Source: Candidatus Poribacteria bacterium (GTDB lineage: Bacteria > Poribacteria > WGA-4E > PCPOR2b). From it: a stretch of DNA of 64,000 nt. The DNA lies in NCBI GenBank assembly GCA_965198175.1, contig OZ240245.1, positions 2,720,001-2,784,000 on the forward strand. The letters run 5' to 3'. Positions within the stretch are counted from its first letter, which is position 1. The number at the start of each line of letters is the position of its first letter. The notes under the pieces were generated by a model. That model had not been told where the DNA came from. It searched no databases and saw nothing but the letters and a program-made list of their open reading frames with translations. The position numbers and the translations under genes are program-made. Positions 24,117-32,277 of the stretch are shown here, piece by piece.

Positions 24117-25088
24117 TCAAATAGATTGGTAAATCGTTTCGATAAGGTCGAGATCTCTTTGTGCCAAATCAAGAGCCATCTGAGGTTCCTTCTCCTCCCT
24201 TAAGGCGCGGACAAAATCGCGGAACATGGTCTTGTAGCCAGCGACATCGGTTAGTTTGGGAATGATGACACGTTTGTGCACACCGTTGACAAGGATGAAT
24301 AGCCCGTTGGATTCAAAGGTAATAGAACCTTTCCGGCCAAATATCCTAGATATTCGTAGCCCCTTGAATAGCGAGGGAATCTCCCAAGAATAATACAGCG
24401 TTCCAACTGCGCCCTCGGAATACTCAATGGCAACAAGCATACTCCTGTCTGAGCCCTCCCTCGCACCCGTGCGATAGCCGCGTATCGATTCCACCGTTAA
24501 TCCTAAATTGGCGACAAAGTTAATCCAGTGGATACCTCCCTCAAACAAGGCACCTCCTCCCGCCAATACGGGATCGCCACGCCAGTCGTCAGTCGTCTGG
24601 CGCTTGATGGCATTAACGTGGACGAAAAGCACTTCGCCGATGAGTCCTGCGCGAATAAGCTCCCGGAGCTTGAAGGCAAGAGGTTTATAAAAGTAATTCT
24701 CTGCTACAAAGACGTACCTCCCGGTTTCGACTTGCGCCTGACGGATGTCCACAAAATCAGCAGCGCGCAGAAACGCAGGCTTCTCCACAATGACATGCTT
24801 TCCGGCACGCATTGCTTCTAGCGTAAGATCGAGGTGGTAAGCTGGGGGCGTTGCAACAAGAACCACCTCAATCTTGTCATCCGCAATGGCCGCATCATAT
24901 GAATCGAAGTAGCCACTTCCTCTGTATTTCCGGTTGTATGCAGCCGCCTTATCTCCGTCCCGACTAGCGTAATATCTCCGAAAATCTCGTTTGAAACCTG
25001 ACAGTGTCTTACTGTGTAGACGCGTTGCAAAGCCACAACCCAGAAAAGCTAAGTTTAGCTGCGCCAATGAATCTCTTTCTGATACCAT
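24117..25088 (-). CDS. Gfo/Idh/MocA oxidoreductase
   Basis: GCGFA, VATPPAYH, HVIVEKP, GGGALFEGGIH. Confidence 0.9.
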   Translation of the reverse strand: MVSERDSLAQLNLAFLGCGFATRLHSKTLSGFKRDFRRYYASRDGDKAAAYNRKYRGSGYFDSYDAAIADDKIEVVLVATPPAYHLDLTLEAMRAGKHVIVEKPAFLRAADFVDIRQAQVETGRYVFVAENYFYKPLAFKLRELIRAGLIGEVLFVHVNAIKRQTTDDWRGDPVLAGGGALFEGGIHWINFVANLGLTVESIRGYRTGAREGSDRSMLVAIEYSEGAVGTLYYSWEIPSLFKGLRISRIFGRKGSITFESNGLFILVNGVHKRVIIPKLTDVAGYKTMFRDFVRALREEKEPQMALDLAQRDLDLIETIYQSI

Positions 25089-25092
25089 TGTG

Positions 25093-26661
25093 TCAAGTCT
25101 TTTCACGAAAAATTCCTGCGATATGCTCGCCAACGCGTAAGGCATTAGCGGCTATCGTCAAGCTGGGGTTCAAGCCTGCCGAGGTGGGCATGAAGCTGCC
25201 ATCCACCACGTACAGATTCCTGACCCCACGAAATTGGCAATATGGACCTAGGGCAGATGCATGAGCTGCATCTCCGATTCGGACAGTGCCAACGGCGTGA
25301 GAGAAGGTTTTAATCTTGTGAACGTAACAGAACCACGCGCCAGCTTTTCGGAAAATTTGCTTCGCGCTTTTGACTAGTACGTCGCGAGAAGCGCTATCTC
25401 GCCTGGTGTAGTGGTGGGTAACAAGTAACTGGGGGAGTCCAAAGCGATCTTTCCGATGCCGGTTGATGGTGACGTGGTTATTGTACTGCGGTTTGTCCTC
25501 CGCCATGACCAGCAGACCGGTCAGATGCTCAACACCAGCACTGAGAATTCGACCGAGCGGTTTGGGTAAGGCTTCTTTTACTAGACCCACGGGCGGTGTT
25601 TGCAACTGCTGGATGCTCCCCAATTTGCCGGGGGGGTTTTTAATGGTCGGGTGCCCGAAATAGAAATCGTGAATCCCAATCTGCTTGTGGAACTGCTCTG
25701 CCTTGTTGGGGCGGCATGGAAAGAAACCAAACACAATGGCGCTGCAGTGACGCATCAGATAGCGACCGATGGTGTGACCACCAGGGTTAACGCGGTGTAG
25801 TTCGGAAGCGAGCAGTAGATGTGGTGACCCCAGCGCACCCGCAGAAAGAACGAAAAACTGAGCATGATAATGGTGTTTCTCATCCGTCTGCTTGTCATGG
25901 CATTCCAGCGAGACCAGCCGATTTCCATCACTAACCAACCGAGTCACAACGACGTTTGGCTTAAGATGAAGCCCTTTTCTGATCAAATCTGGCAGAACAC
26001 AAGTTGCCAGATCGTTTTTCGCTTGAATCGCACAAGCGAAAGTGTCGCATGTAGTACAAGAAATACATCGCGCTCGATTGCCGTCAGAGGAGTAGTTAAT
26101 AGCCAATGCCAGGCGGAACGGGTTTAACCTGAGATCGCGCGCAGCTTGTTCAATGAGGCGCGACGTGTACGAAAGTGCATTAAGTGCCTGCGGATAGGAA
26201 GCGCTTCGGTTCGGTTCAGTTGGATCGCGCCCCGTTTCACCGGCAACATCAAGTATCTGTTCGGCGTGTGTGTAATAGGGTTCCAAGTCAGCATAAGAAA
26301 AGGGCCACCGTGCTTCCGAGTTGCCGACAATCTCAGGGGCGGCTTCAAAGTCGGCTTCACGAAATCGCATTGATACACCGCCATAGAACACCGATGGCCC
26401 ACCAACGCAACTATACGCACCCATTACATCACTGGTACCACCGGTTAATACACGATACGGAGTTTCGTCTGTGTAGAATGGAGTTAAAAACACTGTGCCG
26501 TTGGGATCCCAATTCTGCAGGCTACGCGGAACCCAATCGCCACGTTCAAGCATCAGCACTTTTAGACCGGCATGAACAAGGCTATGGGCAACCATCGATC
26601 CGCCAAAACCGCTACCGATGACAATAGCGTCATAAGTCATATGTGCTGACTGATGGGTCAT
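25093..26661 (-). CDS. GMC family flavoprotein oxidoreductase
   Basis: IVIGSGFGG, LERG, HAVGTVRIG, NLYVVDGSFMP...NPSLTIAANALR. Confidence 0.93.
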   Translation of the reverse strand: MTHQSAHMTYDAIVIGSGFGGSMVAHSLVHAGLKVLMLERGDWVPRSLQNWDPNGTVFLTPFYTDETPYRVLTGGTSDVMGAYSCVGGPSVFYGGVSMRFREADFEAAPEIVGNSEARWPFSYADLEPYYTHAEQILDVAGETGRDPTEPNRSASYPQALNALSYTSRLIEQAARDLRLNPFRLALAINYSSDGNRARCISCTTCDTFACAIQAKNDLATCVLPDLIRKGLHLKPNVVVTRLVSDGNRLVSLECHDKQTDEKHHYHAQFFVLSAGALGSPHLLLASELHRVNPGGHTIGRYLMRHCSAIVFGFFPCRPNKAEQFHKQIGIHDFYFGHPTIKNPPGKLGSIQQLQTPPVGLVKEALPKPLGRILSAGVEHLTGLLVMAEDKPQYNNHVTINRHRKDRFGLPQLLVTHHYTRRDSASRDVLVKSAKQIFRKAGAWFCYVHKIKTFSHAVGTVRIGDAAHASALGPYCQFRGVRNLYVVDGSFMPTSAGLNPSLTIAANALRVGEHIAGIFREKT

Positions 26662-26913
26662 GATTAGACCATCCTGCTCATCTAGTACCAAGTGTGGTTC
26701 AAATGACTTTCACCAAAAGGGCGTTTCCCACACCCACACAAGAGAACACCATGTCCGAAAAGTTCGCACTAGAAGCCGAAAACAGTATCGGACCAGCAAA
26801 AAGCGACGTTTCTCACCAATGGGGCCTCTGCGATGAAGGTGTTGGCGTTGTTCAAGCACCAAAGTATTGGAGAGAGGCTCTGCTGGTATTGGAAAATGGA
26901 TTGGTTTGGTTAT

Positions 26914-27546
26914 TTAAGTAAGTTTCCACCACAGTTCATTCACCGTTCGTCGAAGCGCATCGATTGTACTGTTGTTTTCAATGACAATATCGGCATATTT
27001 GATTTTTTCGGACACCGGTATATGGGAATCAATTCTCGCCTGTGCCTCAGCCTGACTGAGCAACCTGTTTTGGGCCGCACTTCGATCCAACAACCTTCGG
27101 AGTTGTATTTCCGGTGAAACTGTAACCACAACGATAATGTCCACTGTGTCCTGCGCACCTCCCTCAATGAGCAGTGGCGCCTCAATAAGGACAACACAAC
27201 TAGGAGTTGCCGTCACAAGTCGTCTTGCTTCAGCACGAGATTGCTGAATGATTAGCGGGTGCATAACCTCGTTCAAACGCTCACGAGCGGTTGTATCGTT
27301 GAAGACAATCGCCCCCAGTTTCTGACGACTGACATCGCCCGATAGGTCGAGAATACCAGCCCCAAAAATCTCAATGAGTTTCTTTATAACCGGGCTCCCA
27401 CGTTTCAGCAACCGATGCCCAATCTCATCCACGTTGATAAGGATGGCCCCCTTTTCCGCTAGTAATTGAGAGACCGTCGATTTTCCACTAGCGATACCGC
27501 CTGTGACACCGACAATAACCCCACGATCCGAATCTATGGATTTCAT
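26914..27546 (-). CDS. coaE: Dephospho-CoA kinase
   Basis: VGVTGGIASGKSTV, LGAIVF, MHPLI, EAPLLIE, ADIVIEN. Confidence 0.93.
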   Translation of the reverse strand: MKSIDSDRGVIVGVTGGIASGKSTVSQLLAEKGAILINVDEIGHRLLKRGSPVIKKLIEIFGAGILDLSGDVSRQKLGAIVFNDTTARERLNEVMHPLIIQQSRAEARRLVTATPSCVVLIEAPLLIEGGAQDTVDIIVVVTVSPEIQLRRLLDRSAAQNRLLSQAEAQARIDSHIPVSEKIKYADIVIENNSTIDALRRTVNELWWKLT

Positions 27547-27654
27547 AAGGCGCGTTGTGTATTGTGTTCTCCTCGCTACATCTCTTTCTTGATGACCGGC
27601 TTTGACGAAGTTAGATGAATCCCAACCTAAGGTGGAGGACAAGCGAGGGGAAAG

Positions 27655-29580
27655 TCACAAGTTGCGGTGGTAGAACCACCATTCCACGACAAGCAGTAGC
27701 AGTGCAAAATTTGCTGAATAGCCCCAAAGCTCCTGATTGACAGCTTGCAGTTCACCGTGCCCCATTCTACAAGCTGTATCAGCATCCTCAACTTCTTCAA
27801 CGTCCTCGGATGATCCTTGAGGAGAGATGTCCGATTCCTGCGCATCAAGTAGGTTGACGGCAAATTTTCCCCATTGTCCGCCATTGATAAATAAAGAATA
27901 AACACCAATTTGGCGGGTTTCAGTAAAAAAAACAGACGAAGTGCCTATTTCCAAATCTATTGACGTTCCATCAGGTAATTGAACCGCCAACTCCTCCACT
28001 TCATCGGGATGGTCAAGGCGGATTTTCACGGGTTCACCCGCTTTAACAACGTCGGGTTGAATCAGTGCTGTTGCTGTTTCAAGCCACTCAAGGCACTGAG
28101 CCATAAGAATCAGGGCAGAAGCAACTGATCGGTCAAACAAAGCAAAACGTGAAATTCGGAGATCGAACGGATCAAAAGCAAAGACAATTACCTTTCTCGT
28201 GCTGTCTTCGTGCGGAAATTCACTCGGTTCAGCTTGTGTGCCGAGCCAGATCAGCGGCGCCCTCGCGGTCTGAGCAAGCGGGATACCCCAAATAGGTAAT
28301 TCACACATTAGCGATTCCTTAACCTCCAAGCCAATCAACGACACACTGCGCATCGCCGGGTGGGTTTGGTTCTGACTAATCACACTTAGTGGCTGTTCGC
28401 TCTTCTGGACGGGCATAAAAGGTAAGCCTGCAACAGGGTTCAGGAAAATGGCGTTGCCATCGGGGAGGGGACTGGGAACAAACTGATTGAATATCACCAT
28501 ATCACGATCCGCCAAGCCGTGATAATCATCGGGTCGAATCTGTGCAAACACCACGTGCGGGTTTGTCTTGAGCATGGACGCCAATAACGGTTGCTCTCGG
28601 TTACTAACAAGTAGAACCTTCCATTCCGGAGGCGGGTGCAAAATCCCTGATGCGATGTTATCAACGGAAAGATCGTCGTCAACATCAACGAGGCGAGCGC
28701 TGATAGTCTGCCCATCGAATCCCTCGTCCACCTCCGTAAACACAATCGACGCTGTATCTCTCACTGCAATAGTAACCGTTTCATCATTGGCCCACCGCCC
28801 TTCGATTTCTAGTCTGACCTGAACTCGCTTTGGAATATCTGAAAAATTTTGCACCACTACAAGGATCCGGTATAAGCTCGATTGGTGTGCATCCCGTGTC
28901 ACGCTAAAGCGTACAATTCCGATGTTGTTAATCTGTTTGCCCAAGGCGATTTCTTGAAAATGGAGCGATATTTGGTTTGCGGCAGGAGGCAAGTTCTCGA
29001 AATTATCACTGATAAAGAAAACCTGCGTGTTTGGCATGTTCGCGTAAATCTGGGCAGAGTCAAAAGCAGTCTTCAAATCTGGCGGACCATGCCGCACAGA
29101 CAAGTTATTGACTGCCCGGCGCAGTTTTTCCTTATCTGACGTAAAAGCCTGACGCACATTGCTCGATGGAGGGGACGTATCCATAATCATCATATGACCA
29201 TTCGCATCAAGCCGAGTAATAAGTTTCAAAGCCCCCACCTTTGCTGCATCAAGACGGCTCTTTCCCGAATCAGTCGCCTGCATACTCGTCGACGTATCAA
29301 TGATAATTATTGACTGATTGCTCAAAGAACTAGGTTGGCGCAGTGCAGGACGTGCAACACCACCAATGACAATTAATAGAAACAAAATCTGTAAGGGGAG
29401 TAAAATCGAGTTCCGCAAACGTTGGAAAGGGACATTAGCTTTCATATCCTCGACGGCTTCAAGCCAAAGCATCACACTAGGCACAATGCAACGTTGACGA
29501 CGAAGCTTGAGGAAATGCAACAATGCCACGATGGGAATAAACACTAAGAGATAAAAAGCGGAAGGGTTCAGAAAATGCAT
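27655..29580 (-). CDS. BatA-type N-terminal TM / vWA domain protein
   Basis: MHFLNP...LHFLK, DTSTSM MIDAS motif, ISD, C-terminal LLVVEWW. Confidence 0.88.
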   Translation of the reverse strand: MHFLNPSAFYLLVFIPIVALLHFLKLRRQRCIVPSVMLWLEAVEDMKANVPFQRLRNSILLPLQILFLLIVIGGVARPALRQPSSLSNQSIIIIDTSTSMQATDSGKSRLDAAKVGALKLITRLDANGHMMIMDTSPPSSNVRQAFTSDKEKLRRAVNNLSVRHGPPDLKTAFDSAQIYANMPNTQVFFISDNFENLPPAANQISLHFQEIALGKQINNIGIVRFSVTRDAHQSSLYRILVVVQNFSDIPKRVQVRLEIEGRWANDETVTIAVRDTASIVFTEVDEGFDGQTISARLVDVDDDLSVDNIASGILHPPPEWKVLLVSNREQPLLASMLKTNPHVVFAQIRPDDYHGLADRDMVIFNQFVPSPLPDGNAIFLNPVAGLPFMPVQKSEQPLSVISQNQTHPAMRSVSLIGLEVKESLMCELPIWGIPLAQTARAPLIWLGTQAEPSEFPHEDSTRKVIVFAFDPFDLRISRFALFDRSVASALILMAQCLEWLETATALIQPDVVKAGEPVKIRLDHPDEVEELAVQLPDGTSIDLEIGTSSVFFTETRQIGVYSLFINGGQWGKFAVNLLDAQESDISPQGSSEDVEEVEDADTACRMGHGELQAVNQELWGYSANFALLLLVVEWWFYHRNL

Positions 29581-29583
29581 ATT

Positions 29584-30030
29584 TTACATTGCTGAAATCG
29601 GTTCTTCAGGGGTATCTACTTTACCGGCTTGTTTATCTCGGAGTTTTTGCATAATTTCCTCCGCATCTTGACGACCGACTTCACCATACTTTCTGAGCTG
29701 TTCACATTCTTCCGGGACTTTGTCATACTCCCGCCGCTCAAAGTAGATGTTTGCCAGATTTTTGTGCATTTCCCTGAAGACCCCCGGCCAATTACGCTCG
29801 GATTCCTTGCTAAGTAGCAGTTTTGCTCGCTCAATGGCGTGATTGACGATTTCGTCAAGCGCCGCTTTCTCAGCTTCAGAAATATTACTTAAATCCTCAT
29901 TATTCTCCTGCATTTCCTCAATTCGCTTGTTGTATTTATCCAACTCTTTAATCGCTTTGTCGCAATCGTTATATGTTCTTTCGATACCAATCGCGCCATC
30001 AAAGATTTTCGATAGAAAATTCCATTTCAT
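29584..30030 (-). CDS. Helical, TPR-like hypothetical protein
   Basis: Charged helical ORF immediately upstream of the vWA gene; start uncertain (30030 or 30054). Confidence 0.7.
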   Translation of the reverse strand: MKWNFLSKIFDGAIGIERTYNDCDKAIKELDKYNKRIEEMQENNEDLSNISEAEKAALDEIVNHAIERAKLLLSKESERNWPGVFREMHKNLANIYFERREYDKVPEECEQLRKYGEVGRQDAEEIMQKLRDKQAGKVDTPEEPISAM

Positions 30031-30673
30031 AAGAAAAAACCGCAGCAGTCCCACTTCATGAAGCTATATTAAGTTTAGTTTAAATTGCTCGCAGATGAAA
30101 CTTTAAAATCAACAATTGCCGCAGAATGCTAGCATGCCGAAATCGCAATCTTGACTCACTGTTAGCCATCATCAATTATGGGATGCAAGGGATGCGGTTA
30201 CCCCCTTTCTCTGTAACGATTATGCTCCCTCAAACAGGGATGCTATTATATAAAAAGGTGAGAGGTTAAGTAACTATCGATCAAAAACCGACATCGGACT
30301 TCTTAGACCTCCTTCGTGGACCCGAACGTGCAGCAGGAACTGTAGCTCGGTGAATTCATCACCGAATAAAGGGATTTGGGTGAAGTTAGCCTATGAGGAA
30401 AGAGAGGAGATAATCCGCAAATGCAAGATGTGCAGATTGAACCGGGTGATCGGACAAATAGAATGTTTTTCCCTTATCCCGACCCTCTCCAATGACTCCC
30501 TTCTCGGTTACTTCGTAACATTTCCTCTCTCTGACAAGCATCTCCTCACGCGAGTGGAAGAGAGAAAAGCGAGGAATTTGATTGGGGTAGAAAGAGAAAT
30601 CTCTCTTAGGTTAGACAACGAACGCACACCACAACTACAACACAACATGCGCATACCCAGTTAAGTCCACTAA

Positions 30674-30701
30674 ATCGTACCACACGAGTCGGCGTAGTCA
30701 A
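30674..30701 (-). promoter_or_regulatory. Sigma70 promoter with extended -10
   Basis: TTGACT-16 bp-TACGAT with TG. Confidence 0.55.
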
Positions 30702-30731
30702 CAACCAAATAGTAGCAAGATAAGCCAGAGT

Positions 30732-30760
30732 GTCGGGGTACAGCGTACTGAACCCCGACT
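30732..30760 (-). terminator. Hairpin after the DUF5069-like gene
   Basis: GTCGGGGT...ACCCCGAC stem. Confidence 0.5.
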
Positions 30761-30776
30761 AGAAATTGAACGTCGA

Positions 30777-31217
30777 TTAACTCGTCAAGGACGCGTGAAA
30801 TTCAGTCCAATCGTCGAGGTTATTGAGATTCACTGCATCCAAGATAGAACCATCGTCTTCAATCCCCGACGCACCGAGGATTGCTTCGCGCGTTTCATCA
30901 GCATGGTTGTACCCTCTGATAGCCGCATTTAGACTATCAATGGTCGTTTGATCGATATTCCCCCCTTTTTGTTCGAGAAGCCAACTTTCAAACTGGGGGT
31001 ATGTCGGAAGGTTGTCTTTGAGGTACTTGAGTGCTGCTTCGCGATTAATCCCCAACCCATCAAGAACCATTTGATCGAATCCCATACCGCATTCGTCATA
31101 GTCATCGGGAAGTTGGCCTGTGGCGCTCAAGATGACCTTAGACCACAGTCGCGGGAGATGAATCACACCTAGTGACCCTGCAACATCCGAACTAATTGTC
31201 GGAATAATTCCTGCCAT
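30777..31217 (-). CDS. DUF5069-like protein
   Basis: G.LGVIHLPRLWSK...GQLP.DY...FDQMVLDGLGI; AAGGAG RBS. Confidence 0.75.
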   Translation of the reverse strand: MAGIIPTISSDVAGSLGVIHLPRLWSKVILSATGQLPDDYDECGMGFDQMVLDGLGINREAALKYLKDNLPTYPQFESWLLEQKGGNIDQTTIDSLNAAIRGYNHADETREAILGASGIEDDGSILDAVNLNNLDDWTEFHASLTS

Positions 31218-31568
31218 TTTCTTTTCTCCTTGTCTTCGCTATACAATCATGAATATCTGCACTCTGCAAAGGATTGGACAGAGACTTCAGAAGGTTTTCA
31301 CCTAATTGAGTGAATCGTTAACGACACACGATACGTACAAGATTTCTTGTTTCTTGACCGAACCCTCCAAAGGTTCGCGGACTATTTAAAATGTAAATCC
31401 AGAGCACTCCTGGATTCTAAGCGAATCCATTATAGCATAGATAAAATAAACTGAAAAGCATAAAAGAGACTGGCAAAAATAAACATACGGACGCAGTGAA
31501 AAATTGTTGAGTACACCGCCCTATTCCTTGACTGGTAGAATCCTTACACACTCTCGCATTCTTTGCTC

Positions 31569-31596
31569 TTGATCTCTGCTACATCTATGCTATAAT
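31569..31596 (+). promoter_or_regulatory. Sigma70 promoter upstream of the OLE-like RNA
   Basis: TTGATC-16 bp-TATAAT with extended TG (31588-31589). Confidence 0.7.
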
Positions 31597-31639
31597 TATG
31601 TAGGATTGGGTTAGATAAGATCTTCTGACCATAATTCCC

Positions 31640-32225
31640 AAAGTCTAGATACAAGGTTCATTAAGTCTATTGTACAAATGACAAGGTTCTATTGATATTT
31701 GGGTGGAAAGTTGTCATTATGTAATAATCCTGCCAATAACCTTCGGCGACTCGACAATTCAATCGCATCGCCCACGGATTGATTCATCAGCAAGACAGAG
31801 CGGTTTGTCGGAATTTACCGAAGGAAAACGATGGTATAGATGCATTATTGTGTTGTAGGATTTTTTTTGTTGTCAGTACCCCGTTTGAAAGCGGGGAAGG
31901 CTGCGTGTATCTTAGTAGAACGGAACGACCAAGAATGACAATATAGTCAACACAAGGCAGTTGCGTTGCACCAGTAATGCTTGGTGGCAGGAATTTGCTA
32001 AAGCCGGCATTCTTCGCACTCGAGTGATTAAGGCAGCCCGTTAGCCCAAGGACAGGTGTTTCTTCATCCTTGTCCTCGCCCTCACAACGATGCAGAATCC
32101 GCTTATAAAGGGAGGAACCGATTCATAATAATTAGTGAAGAGATTGTATTCTACTGCTGTAGAGGGGTGACACTCGGCGTTAGAAAATCCTTCATACAGA
32201 TATTGCCCGTACTTGTCTGACGATG
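31640..32225 (+). ncRNA. OLE-like large structured RNA
   Basis: No ORF. Ordered motifs TTAAGTCTA, GGGTGGAAAG, CTGCCAATAACC, GACAATTCAA, GGATTG, CCCGTTTGAAAGCGGGG, GAGTGATTAAGGCAG, TAAAGGG..AACCG, GGTGACA, GAAAATCC, with many nested helices. Family match is from memory of the OLE consensus. Confidence 0.75.
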
Positions 32226-32277
32226 TCAGATTGTGAAACAGACAGCAAGAATGTAATAATAATATTGGAGGATATGA

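Noticed and set aside
30508..30654. Cys-rich attenuator leader peptide (MRMLCCSCG...)
   Set aside because: The frame runs 48 codons, the RBS is poor and no cysteine genes lie downstream.
30250..32225. RNase P RNA, tmRNA or group II intron
   Set aside because: No GAGGAAAGUCC, no tRNA-like ends and no domain V or RT ORF were seen.
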